From Patescibacteria group bacterium (lineage in GTDB: Bacteria; Patescibacteriota; Microgenomatia; UBA12405), in assembly GCA_018902845.1 (NCBI GenBank), contig JAHIPV010000009.1:8950-72949 (forward strand): a stretch of 64,000 nucleotides of DNA, written 5' to 3'. Shown piece by piece: positions 9,575 to 18,777 of the stretch. The first letter of the stretch is position 1, and every line of letters begins with the position of its first letter. The notes beneath the pieces are model-generated. The model searched no databases, had not been told where the DNA came from, and was given only the letters and a program-made list of their open reading frames with translations. Position numbers and translations under genes: made by a program.

Positions 9575-10417
9575 TTACAATAATATCAGAAGTCCTAGCA
9601 AGGAAACAATGGATCCAAATATCATTAAGCCCTTGGTGGGGAAGTCAACACCAGCATCGGGTAGAACTATTCTGGTTGGACTTGGACCTTGGGCTATATA
9701 GACAGGTGTATCGGTTGGTCTTGGAGTGCTGGTTGGCTGTGGAGTTCCTGTGGGGGTATTGGTGGGTGTGTTGGTTGGAGTATTAGTGGGTGTGTTAGTG
9801 GGCGTATTGGTTGGAGTGCTGGTAGGAGCGGTACAGCAAGTAAGGTAAGAAGGGTTGATAATACAAGCATCTTCAAATTGAGACATAGCACAGTAAGAGT
9901 TACCGTCATCAGTATCGATACAAATTAGACCAGATTGACAAGGATTAGACGAATCGTCGCAGGGAGTATAGCCACAGGCATTTGGTTCTGGAGTTGGGGT
10001 GTTGGTTGGAGTATTAGTGGGTGTGTTAGTGGGCGTATTGGTTGGAGTGCTGGTTGGGGCGGTACAACAAGTGATATAGGAAGGGTTGATAATACAAGTG
10101 TCTTCAAATTGAGACATAGCACAGTAAGAGTTGCCATCATCAGCATCGATACAAATTAGACCAGATTGACAAGGATTGGATGAATCATCGCAGGGAGTGT
10201 AACCACAAGCATTTGGCTTTGGAGTTGGAGCGACTACGGTAAAGTTTAAACTACAGGGCAGAGGTGCTTCTTGAGCCTGCGGTCTTTCCGGTACAGTTGG
10301 CTTAACTTCTTCCTGGCTAATTTGTTTTAGCCGTTGAGCAGTCAAAATTGCCACACCGGCCAGAATAATGGTGCTAATCAGGCTAATAATGATGGTTAAT
10401 TTTTTCTTTTTATTCAT
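9575..10417 (-). CDS. Secreted/anchored Cys-rich repeat protein with Thr-Pro linkers. The start is probably the internal Met at 10417.
   Basis: N-terminal TM/signal sequence (MNKKKKLTIIISLISTIILAGV). Two near-identical ~65-aa Cys-rich modules (NACGYTPCDDSSNPCQSGLICID...CC), each followed by TPTNTPTN linkers. Confidence 0.6.
   Translation of the reverse strand: MNKKKKLTIIISLISTIILAGVAILTAQRLKQISQEEVKPTVPERPQAQEAPLPCSLNFTVVAPTPKPNACGYTPCDDSSNPCQSGLICIDADDGNSYCAMSQFEDTCIINPSYITCCTAPTSTPTNTPTNTPTNTPTNTPTPEPNACGYTPCDDSSNPCQSGLICIDTDDGNSYCAMSQFEDACIINPSYLTCCTAPTSTPTNTPTNTPTNTPTNTPTNTPTGTPQPTSTPRPTDTPVYIAQGPSPTRIVLPDAGVDFPTKGLMIFGSIVSLLGLLILL
9735..10225. repeat. Two tandem ~240-bp near-identical repeats encoding the Cys-rich module plus TPTN linker
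   Basis: Long identical stretches, e.g. GGTTGATAATACAAG..TCTTCAAATTGAGACATAGCACAGTAAGAGTT.. appears twice. Confidence 0.85.
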
Positions 10418-10419
10418 AA

Positions 10420-11946
10420 TTATTGGGCTGCCCCCCAGGTGGTACAGTTGCCTTCCTTGCAAACACGGCATTGGACACTATAGGCACCAGGAATATCAAT
10501 AGTGATTGATTGAGAATCAGCCATCCAGTGGTCAGCGCCGGCATAATCAGCAAAACGTAAACTTGTAACAACCCAAGGAATATTATTGTAGTCTCCGGCA
10601 TCAATGTTATAGCGGAAGTCGAACCGATCGGGACCGTAGTTATTGGTGCCAGTATCAACACAAGTAAAATTAACTTCATCACCTAAACTCGGAGTACCAG
10701 ACGGATCCATGGTGATGTCAACACAAGCAAGTTCAGGTAGTGGTGTTGGCGTGGGGGTGTTAGTTGGAGTGCTGGTGGGAGCGGTACAACAAGTGATATA
10801 GGAAGGGTTGATAATACAAGCGTCTTCAAATTGAGACATAGAGCAGTATGAATTGCCATTATCAGCATCGACACAAATTAGACCAGGCTGACAAGGACTG
10901 GATGAATCATCGCAGGGAGTATAGCCACAGGCATTTGGTTCTGGAGTTGGAATTTGTGTAGGAGTATTGGTGGGGGTGGGAGTGGGAGTTCTGGTGGGGG
11001 TGGGAGTTAAGGTAGGGGTGCTGACTCTGGTTGGAGTAGGTGTTGGGATTCTGGTGGGGGTAGGAGTAGTAAGTGTGATGGTTTCAGTACAAACAGAGTT
11101 TGCCTGAGACGGCCAAGAATCGTTTGAAACAGCTGGATTTTTTACAACAACAGAGATATTAGTTCCGTTTAGATTGGCTATATTTGTAAATGTGTGAGTA
11201 GCGGTACAGATAATTTTTTTGGCTCTAGGATCATGACCCATAATTGCCCATGATTGAGTGGTACCGGTAGATGAATCGGGTTGGCAAGTTGATGTAATTC
11301 CTTCGTCTCCGGAAGTCATTGTGGTTGAACCCGATAAGGCAAACTTAAATTTAACTGCACTGCTATTCATAATAATTGAGGCGCAACCTTCGCCATGTGG
11401 ATCACTGATATCACTAGGACAAGCTAGTTTGCTTGTCGCCGGCAATTCACTATAACCTGTTGCTGTTATTGTCAAATTTTCTCCATCAATACGATATTGA
11501 ACATCGATACAATCGTCACAATTTGTGTCATTGTTTCTGTATAAACTGGCGGCACCGTAACCGCTATAAAATTGGTCTTTTTGAAGGGAAGAACATTTAA
11601 CGGGATAATTACCGTAGACATCGGTTGCTTCTCCGCCAACCTGACATGATCCTGGTGGTCCAAAATTTGGACCTCCTAGCGGAGGACTATTTTCACCGTC
11701 TTTTTTTATTCTAGTAATTGAATAGAAATTTGAAGTTTCTCTGCCACAAGGGCCAGAGATATTTCCATTGCACCAGAAACACCAATCCCAGTATTGATCC
11801 AAGGCAACATCGTATGCTTTGTCACGAATATCCTGTTTCTGTTTGACTAAAACAACGCCAGCGACTAGAGATAAGAATAAAAAAAATACCGACAGGACAG
11901 GATATAATTTTTCTGCTGATTTAAATTTTTCGAGTATTTTGGCCAT
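10420..11946 (-). CDS. Secreted Cys-rich surface protein carrying one copy of the same module
   Basis: N-terminal signal/TM, many Cys, a TPTPT linker region, and one copy of the NACGYTPCDDSSSPCQPGLICVD module shared with the downstream gene. Confidence 0.6.
   Translation of the reverse strand: MAKILEKFKSAEKLYPVLSVFFLFLSLVAGVVLVKQKQDIRDKAYDVALDQYWDWCFWCNGNISGPCGRETSNFYSITRIKKDGENSPPLGGPNFGPPGSCQVGGEATDVYGNYPVKCSSLQKDQFYSGYGAASLYRNNDTNCDDCIDVQYRIDGENLTITATGYSELPATSKLACPSDISDPHGEGCASIIMNSSAVKFKFALSGSTTMTSGDEGITSTCQPDSSTGTTQSWAIMGHDPRAKKIICTATHTFTNIANLNGTNISVVVKNPAVSNDSWPSQANSVCTETITLTTPTPTRIPTPTPTRVSTPTLTPTPTRTPTPTPTNTPTQIPTPEPNACGYTPCDDSSSPCQPGLICVDADNGNSYCSMSQFEDACIINPSYITCCTAPTSTPTNTPTPTPLPELACVDITMDPSGTPSLGDEVNFTCVDTGTNNYGPDRFDFRYNIDAGDYNNIPWVVTSLRFADYAGADHWMADSQSITIDIPGAYSVQCRVCKEGNCTTWGAAQ
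10745..10950. repeat. Third copy of the Cys-rich module repeat, in the adjacent gene
   Basis: GGTTGATAATACAAGCGTCTTCAAATTGAGACATAGAGCAGTATGAATTGCC is highly similar to the copies at 9735-10225. Confidence 0.8.
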
Positions 11947-12005
11947 ACTAATAATAGTTTTTTAGATATTTTAATCTTAGATTAATATTTTTTTTAATGC
12001 AAATG

Positions 12006-13337
12006 CTAGATTAATAGTAGTGCGATAATTATTGCAGGAATTGATAAAAGAAGAGGCAGGGTGGTTGGTAAGGTAAAACCGGTAGTTGGAACTTGCGAAT
12101 CAGTACTAGGCTTGGCGGTTCTGATAGTGATGGTTGGAGTTAGACTTGGAGTCTGGGTGGGTGTGGAAGTTGAGGTTGGACTAAGAGTGAGGACAGGAGT
12201 GGGAGTAAAGGTAGAGGTGGGGGTAAGGGTAGGGATATTGGTTGGTTGGGCCGATGAGGAAGCGGTGAACCCGGGATTATCTTGGGCCGCCAAAACAACA
12301 AAACTTTTTGTAATGCTCTCCTTTAATCCAGTTTTCGGATTAAGAAAACTTATTGTCAGACTGTGTTGCCCTGGTGACAGGGACTGGGGAGAGCTCCAGC
12401 GCCAATTTCCACTAGAATCGCTTTGAATTTCTGAATCGAACTGATCGGATGAGTGAAGTTCAATTTTTAGAATAACACCTTGCGGAGCAGTCCCAAAAAA
12501 TTCCGGTTGTTGTGTAGATAAAAATTCACCGTCTTTGGGGTTGATAATATCTAGCTCTTTTTCTATGGCTTGATCTGGCTGTTGTTGTGTAACGGGCATA
12601 TTGCCAATGTCTTGTTCTCTATTGTTATTTTCATCTGAAGAAAATCCGTGACCAATAATAATATCCGGTACCGGATTATTGTTTGATGTATTGCCTGTTA
12701 CTAAAGTAACCTGACCGTCTTTAGAAAGAACGGCAATCTCTTCCTCTACATTTTCCGGTGGGACAAACCAAGAACTTTTTTGAGTGTTATAGCTGATGCT
12801 TAGTGGAATATTCCAGTTACCTTCTGACGTAACAAAAGAGGACATAGGAGCGGAAGAAGGGATATTTAGATAAAGGATGGCGATAGAAGCCGGCTGTTGA
12901 TTTGACTGTATAATTTTTCCCCAGGCTAAATTTGAATCAGGAATAGGGCCATCAAGCTTAGCTGGGGTGCTTATAACAAATTGATCGTTTTCAATTTCCT
13001 TTCCGTTGGCAATGATGGTGTATTGGTAACTTGAATTTTCCTTAAGTCCATTTACCTGAAAATAATGTATTTGGCTTTGAGGTTCAATTAATTGAAAAGA
13101 ATCTAAAACAAGCTGATTGTTTATGCCAAGGTTAACCGAGCATTTCTCTGGCGTTAAAAAAGACAAATCGACAGAGTGATCCGTTAAATTAGTAATTTGT
13201 ATACTTATCGGACTGCAACCGTTACTTGCCTTAGAAGTAAAAATTGCAGTAAGTTTGGTTAAATAGGTAGTAACAAAAACAACAATGATCAAAATGAAAA
13301 TAGCTACAATGGTTGGTATTTTTTTTTCTTTACTCAT
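12006..13337 (-). CDS. Secreted Thr/Pro-rich protein with C-terminal hydrophobic anchor
   Basis: N-terminal TM, a long TPTSTFTPTP linker, and a C-terminal LPTTLP motif followed by a hydrophobic tail. This could be a sorting signal. Confidence 0.5.
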   Translation of the reverse strand: MSKEKKIPTIVAIFILIIVVFVTTYLTKLTAIFTSKASNGCSPISIQITNLTDHSVDLSFLTPEKCSVNLGINNQLVLDSFQLIEPQSQIHYFQVNGLKENSSYQYTIIANGKEIENDQFVISTPAKLDGPIPDSNLAWGKIIQSNQQPASIAILYLNIPSSAPMSSFVTSEGNWNIPLSISYNTQKSSWFVPPENVEEEIAVLSKDGQVTLVTGNTSNNNPVPDIIIGHGFSSDENNNREQDIGNMPVTQQQPDQAIEKELDIINPKDGEFLSTQQPEFFGTAPQGVILKIELHSSDQFDSEIQSDSSGNWRWSSPQSLSPGQHSLTISFLNPKTGLKESITKSFVVLAAQDNPGFTASSSAQPTNIPTLTPTSTFTPTPVLTLSPTSTSTPTQTPSLTPTITIRTAKPSTDSQVPTTGFTLPTTLPLLLSIPAIIIALLLI

Positions 13338-13635
13338 TTGGATTTATAGTCGGCTCCTCTTCTGACCCTAGCGTTGGCTGAAGTATTGAGGACGGAGAGG
13401 CAATAATACTGGGGCGACTAATTGGAACAGAGGTAAATTCATCTCGTTTTTCAATTTCCAACAAAGTGTCGATGTTAAGGTTGGGATCAATTTTTTGCAT
13501 AACTGAACTGGTTTTGATTTGCTGAGATGGACCAATCAGATTAGAGTAACTTTTTTGTACTATCAAGAAAAAAATTAAAAAGAGAGTAAAACTACTGATA
13601 AAAATAAGATATTTAGAGATTTTTTGTTTTTTCAT
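13330..13635 (-). CDS. Small secreted/membrane protein
   Basis: 101 aa with an N-terminal hydrophobic segment, in an operon with the surface proteins. Confidence 0.3.
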   Translation of the reverse strand: MKKQKISKYLIFISSFTLFLIFFLIVQKSYSNLIGPSQQIKTSSVMQKIDPNLNIDTLLEIEKRDEFTSVPISRPSIIASPSSILQPTLGSEEEPTINPNE

Positions 13636-14299
13636 CGTTTTCTGACCAATAGTAAATATTTGTTTTTATGCTGGCATTAAAGACGGCCTCGTCCTCCTGG
13701 CCAGATTGTTTGCTTTTTTTTTGGCTAAGCTCTATCCTGTCAATTTTTATAAGACGGCGATTATTGGAAAAATCCTGAACCAAAAAAGGGATTTTGGAAA
13801 AATTGGTAGTGTTGTCGTCAATGTTGACTGAATAAAAACTAGTCATATCAAAATCAGAAGAGGAAAATTCTTTTTCATCATTTAGATCAAATTTAATCTC
13901 GTTGAGATTAATATCGGAGTTGTGGGCAATATTTTTAAGCTGAATAGCGGCATGAGCAAATCGGGGACTACTGGGAAGACTTGATTCTATCAATGAATAT
14001 TTTTCCTGAATGTCAGAAAATGCATCCTGTGCATAAACCAAATCGTTTATTTTTGAACGCATTTGATCTGAAAGAGACTGTTTGGCACGGATTTCACCAA
14101 CAAGGCTGGAAATAGTGGTAATTGCCGGCCTGACGGCAGAAAAAAGAAAAACGGAAATTAAAAAGAAGGTGGCCGAAATTTCTACTGTTTGACCAAACCT
14201 TTTGTTTTCCCTCTGTTTTGCCAAAAACTCGGTCAGCGAACTGACCTGGGCAACGATGACATTTTTTTTAAGTGGTTTTGTTATTGTTGTTTGTTTCAT
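13613..14299 (-). CDS. Bitopic membrane protein (PilO-like or FtsB-like; uncertain)
   Basis: A single TM helix after about 50 aa, followed by a coiled-coil-rich periplasmic region. Confidence 0.3.
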   Translation of the reverse strand: MKQTTITKPLKKNVIVAQVSSLTEFLAKQRENKRFGQTVEISATFFLISVFLFSAVRPAITTISSLVGEIRAKQSLSDQMRSKINDLVYAQDAFSDIQEKYSLIESSLPSSPRFAHAAIQLKNIAHNSDINLNEIKFDLNDEKEFSSSDFDMTSFYSVNIDDNTTNFSKIPFLVQDFSNNRRLIKIDRIELSQKKSKQSGQEDEAVFNASIKTNIYYWSENDEKTKNL

Positions 14300-14852
14300 T
14301 TTTGAATTCGACTAGAATATCGATGAGGTAATCTCTAGTTTTTGGTTTTTTGCTTATTTTTTCAATAGTTACACTTTTTATATCTTGATTTAGATTTAGG
14401 TTGTCGATAAAATTTGCGATTAATTCGACTTTTGTTGTTGACACAGAAACAACGGCTAAAATTTTGTTATCCTTGGTCGAAAGTGAAAGATTTTTGTATA
14501 GAATATTCGGAGGAGTGCTTTCGGACAGACTAAGCAACTTTGAAGCATAGTCAATGTTGTTGTCGCTTAGTTCTTTTATAGCCTTTAACCTGGCTTGTAG
14601 AGTCGAGTAGTCAACCTCAAAAAGAGCCGTACTTTCCAAAATGGCTTTTTGTTGTCTGATTGACTCTGACAAATCTGAATTTTTCCTGTCCAACCAAAAA
14701 CGAGATACGAAAGCAGCAATAACTATTAATTCGGTAAAAATAATAACTACGCGACCAACCGTAGTTATCCAGCGAATCAGCTTGGCAGTAGATGAGTTAT
14801 TGTCTTGATCTTTAGGTAGAAGCGAAATTTCCCTTTTAAAATTGGCAGGCAT
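14268..14852 (-). CDS. Bitopic membrane protein (PilN-like; uncertain)
   Basis: One N-terminal TM helix followed by a coiled coil. Directly downstream of murJ. Confidence 0.3.
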   Translation of the reverse strand: MPANFKREISLLPKDQDNNSSTAKLIRWITTVGRVVIIFTELIVIAAFVSRFWLDRKNSDLSESIRQQKAILESTALFEVDYSTLQARLKAIKELSDNNIDYASKLLSLSESTPPNILYKNLSLSTKDNKILAVVSVSTTKVELIANFIDNLNLNQDIKSVTIEKISKKPKTRDYLIDILVEFKNETNNNNKTT

Positions 14853-14874
14853 ATATTTTTAAGTATATATGAAT

Positions 14875-16473
14875 TTAGGCAAGACGGTGGAATAAGAACC
14901 GACTAAAATCCTTGGACTCCTTGATATTGAACAAATTACAAATAAAATAGTAAACAAGAAAACCTAAAAATGATGAGGTAAGAAAAAGAGTGGTTAAATT
15001 GAGGGTTTTACTGGTATCTAAAATAAAAAGATCTAAAACTTTCATACTAAACCAAATCGACAAGCCCATGATTAGGGAAGCAAGAAAGATTTTTGATATT
15101 CTTTGGCAAATATGTTTTAAATTAATTTCTTCTACCTTAAGATAAAACAAAGCAAAAAGACCAAAAAGTTGTATGAGGTTTGAAATGGAAGCACTAATAG
15201 CAAGACCCAAAATACCAAGGTTGGTAAACCTAACAAAAAAGAAATTAGCAAAAAGATTAAAAAATACTGATATAAAGGAAACATAGAGCGGTGTTTTTGT
15301 ATTATGCATAGCATAAAAAGATCTGGCAAGAATCTGTGTTACGGATTGAGAAACTATGGTAGGTATCAAAAAAGCCAATGTTTTGGCAGTTAGTAAGGTG
15401 GCAGACCAGGGAAATTGTTTGGCTCCAAAAACTAACCTGACTATAGCAACACGGTGCACTAGCATCAGAACACTAATTGGCAAGATCAAAAAAAGACTTT
15501 GAATGATAGTGTTGATAACAGTTTTTCTAAATGTTTTTAATTTATTTTTAGCAATATTTTTTGAAAGAATAGGTAGAGAAGCTTGGGCTATGGTACTGCC
15601 AAAAATACGACTGGGGAAAAAAACCAGTTGAAGGGCAATGCTTAAAAGGGAAAAAGAACCAGCCGGCAAAAGACTGGCCCAAAGAAGAGTGAAGGTGTTT
15701 TCTATCTCTGTTAAACCTAAACTTATGGCTCTAGGAGCCATTAATCTTAATATTCTTTTAAAACCAGAAAGTTTAGTATCAATAGAAAAAGAGTATTTGA
15801 ACCCGAGTTTTTTTACGAGTGGAATTTGTATGAAAAAATGAAGAAAAGCACCGATAACTACCGAAAAACAGACACCACGCATCCCCCAAACAGGTGAAAT
15901 AAATATGATTCCAAATATGATTGATAAGTTGTAGAGTATGGGGGAGATGGCCGGAATAAGAAAAATTTGATGGGCTTGAATAATTCCCGTTAAAAAATTA
16001 CTAAAAAGGAAGAAAATTTGGGCCGTTAGCAAGATTCTTGTAAAAGAGCTCATTAATGATATCTGCTGTTGATTAAACCCCGGGGCAATCAATCTGGAAA
16101 AAGGAACAGCAAAAATAAAAATGAGCGAGAGAAGTAAAAATAAGGTGATCAAAAGAACATTTATGGTAGTGGTGGCAATTTTGTAAGCCGTTTTTTTGTC
16201 TTTGTGTAAATATCTTGAAAAAACAGGAATGAAAGAGGCAGACAAGGCGCCTGTGACCAAAAGTTTAAAAATCAAATCCGGTAAACGAAAAGCGGCGTTA
16301 TAGGCATCAAGCTGGTCGGCACAACAGGAGAAAAAACGGGATAATAGGAACCTATTGCGTAAAAAGCCCAAAAGAGCAGAGATTGCAAAAGTAATTGACA
16401 ATATCAATGAAGCCGAAAGAATTGTATCTTGTTTTTTTAGGCTGATTTTATTGATTAACTGACTTGGTGACAT
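14875..16473 (-). CDS. murJ: Lipid II flippase MurJ (MviN family)
   Basis: 532 aa with about 14 TM helices. The N-terminus is MviN-like and the overall length and architecture match. Confidence 0.65.
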   Translation of the reverse strand: MSPSQLINKISLKKQDTILSASLILSITFAISALLGFLRNRFLLSRFFSCCADQLDAYNAAFRLPDLIFKLLVTGALSASFIPVFSRYLHKDKKTAYKIATTTINVLLITLFLLLSLIFIFAVPFSRLIAPGFNQQQISLMSSFTRILLTAQIFFLFSNFLTGIIQAHQIFLIPAISPILYNLSIIFGIIFISPVWGMRGVCFSVVIGAFLHFFIQIPLVKKLGFKYSFSIDTKLSGFKRILRLMAPRAISLGLTEIENTFTLLWASLLPAGSFSLLSIALQLVFFPSRIFGSTIAQASLPILSKNIAKNKLKTFRKTVINTIIQSLFLILPISVLMLVHRVAIVRLVFGAKQFPWSATLLTAKTLAFLIPTIVSQSVTQILARSFYAMHNTKTPLYVSFISVFFNLFANFFFVRFTNLGILGLAISASISNLIQLFGLFALFYLKVEEINLKHICQRISKIFLASLIMGLSIWFSMKVLDLFILDTSKTLNLTTLFLTSSFLGFLVYYFICNLFNIKESKDFSRFLFHRLA

Positions 16474-16532
16474 AGATCTACCATTATAATACAGAGATGT
16501 ATAGACGTTGGGAATCAGGAATTAGCAACTTA

Positions 16533-16561
16533 TTGCTTAAGGTTGGAGCTTGAGATAAAAT
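16533..16561 (+). promoter_or_regulatory. Candidate sigma70-type promoter for rpsT-metG (TTGCTT-17-TAAAAT)
   Basis: Read directly from the sequence. The -10 element ends 9 nt before the rpsT ATG. Confidence 0.35.
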
Positions 16562-16570
16562 AGTTAAATT

Positions 16571-16870
16571 ATGCCTCTTACAAAATCAGTTAAAAAAAGT
16601 TTCAGACAATCGACTAGAAATCGAGGAAGAAATAAAGTATTAAAGGAAAAATTCAAAAAAGCCGTAAAGAAGTTTTTGACTGAAACTAATGAAAAGAATT
16701 TAAAGCCGGTTTATTCCTGTTTAGATAAAATAGGCAAAAACGGACTTTTTGCTAAAAATAAAGTGTCTAGATTGAAGGCTAAGTATGCCAGAAAAGTTAA
16801 GGTAAATAATACTGAAAAAAAGATAGTAAAAAAGACTAAAGCAAAAGAAACAAAGACTAAGAAAATGTGA
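16571..16870 (+). CDS. rpsT: 30S ribosomal protein S20
   Basis: 99 aa and basic. The N-terminal KSVKKSFRQSTRNRGRNK pattern is typical of S20. Confidence 0.75.
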   Translation: MPLTKSVKKSFRQSTRNRGRNKVLKEKFKKAVKKFLTETNEKNLKPVYSCLDKIGKNGLFAKNKVSRLKAKYARKVKVNNTEKKIVKKTKAKETKTKKM

Positions 16871-16880
16871 GGGTGTTTTT

Positions 16881-18302
16881 ATGGATAAACAAAAAAAATT
16901 TTATGTTACAACCCCGATCTATTATATAAATGATGTGCCTCATATCGGACACACCTGTACTACTGTAATAGCCGATGTAATGGCTAGATATAGACGACTT
17001 AAGGGAGACAGTGTTTTTTTCTTGACAGGAACTGACGAGCATGGGCAGAAAGTGGCCGAGTCGGCAGAAAAAGATGGTTTAGAACCTCAAGTATATTGCG
17101 ATAAAATTGCCCCAAGATTTAAGAAAGCATGGGTTGATCTTAACATCGGTTTTGATTTTTTTATCAGAACTACTGATTCTAGACACAAAAAGGTAGTTTG
17201 TGATTTACTGCAGAAAGTTTACGACAATGGTGATGTTTATAGGGGAAAATACGAAGGATTGTATTGTGTCGGTTGTGAGAAGTTTCTGACTGAAAGCGAC
17301 TTGGTAGATGGGAAATGCCCTATCCATCCGCCCGAAAGAACTATAGAACAGGTGGAGGAAAATTGGTTTTTTAAATTATCAAAATACGTACCCCAACTGA
17401 TTAAACTTATAGAGAACGATAAGACTAATTACATTTTTCCTGAAGGCAAAAGAACTGAGGTATTATCAAAACTAAAGGGCGGTGTTAATGATATTTCCAT
17501 TTCTAGAGCTAATGTAAAGTGGGGGATTCCTGTGCCTTGGGACAAGACTCAAACAATTTATGTTTGGTTTGATGCTTTGATTAATTACTATAGCGCTACT
17601 CAGTTTGTGGATAAGAAAAAAGATTTTTGGCCAGCTGATTTACATTTATTAGGTAAGGAAATTTTGTGGTTCCATACAGTAATTTGGCAAGCAATGCTGC
17701 TGTCTGCCGGTTTGTTTTTACCCAAAAAAGTCTATATCCATAGTTTTTATATGATTGACGGACAAAAAATGTCAAAGTCGCTTGGAAACATGATCAGTCC
17801 TGGGCAATTGACTGATCTTTTTGGCATAGACGGGACAAAATATTTAATTATGTCTTCCTTTCCGGGTGAAAATGACAGCGATGTGGGAATTGAGAGATTT
17901 AAAGAGAAATATACGGCTGATTTGGCCAATAATTTGGGAAATTTGATATCCAGAGTGGCTAAGCTATCAGAAGGATTGAGTTTTAAAACAGAAAAAGTTG
18001 GGGTGTTTGACAAAAAATTTGATGAATTTTTTGAAAAATTCGATTTTTGTGGAGCAATTAAATATATTTTTGATAAATGGATTGATACTTCAAACGCAGA
18101 ATTAAATAAAATTCAGCCGTGGAAACTAAAAAAGGATGATAAAAAAAGAGTTGAGGTTTTGGAAAAATGTGTAAAAAACTTAAGAAAAACGGCTTTCCAT
18201 TTAAGCGTGATTATGCCAAGTACCGGTGAAAGAATTGAAGAAATTTTTGAGGGAGAAATTAAAGCCCTAAAAAATCCGTTGTTTCCGAGAATAAAAAAAT
18301 AA
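16881..18302 (+). CDS. metG: Methionine--tRNA ligase (compact form)
   Basis: Class I aminoacyl-tRNA synthetase motifs PHIGHTCT (HIGH) and KMSKSLGN (KMSKS). The N-terminus TTPIYYINDVPHIGH is MetRS-like. Confidence 0.85.
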   Translation: MDKQKKFYVTTPIYYINDVPHIGHTCTTVIADVMARYRRLKGDSVFFLTGTDEHGQKVAESAEKDGLEPQVYCDKIAPRFKKAWVDLNIGFDFFIRTTDSRHKKVVCDLLQKVYDNGDVYRGKYEGLYCVGCEKFLTESDLVDGKCPIHPPERTIEQVEENWFFKLSKYVPQLIKLIENDKTNYIFPEGKRTEVLSKLKGGVNDISISRANVKWGIPVPWDKTQTIYVWFDALINYYSATQFVDKKKDFWPADLHLLGKEILWFHTVIWQAMLLSAGLFLPKKVYIHSFYMIDGQKMSKSLGNMISPGQLTDLFGIDGTKYLIMSSFPGENDSDVGIERFKEKYTADLANNLGNLISRVAKLSEGLSFKTEKVGVFDKKFDEFFEKFDFCGAIKYIFDKWIDTSNAELNKIQPWKLKKDDKKRVEVLEKCVKNLRKTAFHLSVIMPSTGERIEEIFEGEIKALKNPLFPRIKK

Positions 18303-18349
18303 ATCTAAAATTTAAAATCTAAATTTCCAAATAAAACTAGAATAATAAC

Positions 18350-18700
18350 TTAGGGAGTTTTTGTGAAGCCTGGAGGAGCGTTAGGGTCAATAATTACTTG
18401 CTGGCCAAAAATACCTGATTCGCCACGACAAACAGCCTGTTTACCTTGGGGTGCCGATGGTTGAGCTGCTAAAGCTTTTTGCCTTTTTCTATCTTGTGTC
18501 GCTATTACATGATCTGCTCCAGCAACGACTTGTGCTCGTGGTTGAGTCGGCCTGAGCTGAGCTGTTGCTTGTCTTTGTTGATCTTGTGCTTGCATTGCTG
18601 CATCAAACTGTTCGCGTTGTTGGGCTGTAAGTGGCATGGTGATATTATAAGGTGTTGTAGATGAAAAAACCATGTTTTGTTGTTGTGAGAATATGGACAA
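18350..18700 (-). CDS. Hypothetical Gln/Ala-rich protein (GC-elevated)
   Basis: 116-aa low-complexity ORF. Local GC is clearly higher than the surrounding sequence. Confidence 0.3.
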   Translation of the reverse strand: MSIFSQQQNMVFSSTTPYNITMPLTAQQREQFDAAMQAQDQQRQATAQLRPTQPRAQVVAGADHVIATQDRKRQKALAAQPSAPQGKQAVCRGESGIFGQQVIIDPNAPPGFTKTP

Positions 18701-18715
18701 AAGACTGGACTGACT

Positions 18716-18752
18716 CCGACGGGATCCTTCGTTATACTCAGGATGACGATGA
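18716..18752. repeat. GC-rich repeat module (GGGATCCTTCG...CAGGATGACG type)
   Basis: Matches modules found at more than 30 sites in the window. Confidence 0.8.
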
Positions 18753-18777
18753 TATTGTTAAATGATAAAATTTTCAA

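Noticed and set aside
9689-10159. Four 70-80-aa ORFs on both strands inside the Cys-rich/TPTN repeat region; also 10410-10682 and 10683-10874
   Set aside because: These are alternative-frame and antisense readings of highly repetitive, codon-biased DNA. The long, signal-peptide-bearing minus-strand genes explain the region.
12061-12426. 121-aa plus-strand ORF (VGV-rich)
   Set aside because: It is antisense to the Thr/Pro-rich linker of 12006-13337. Low-complexity mirror ORFs are expected there.
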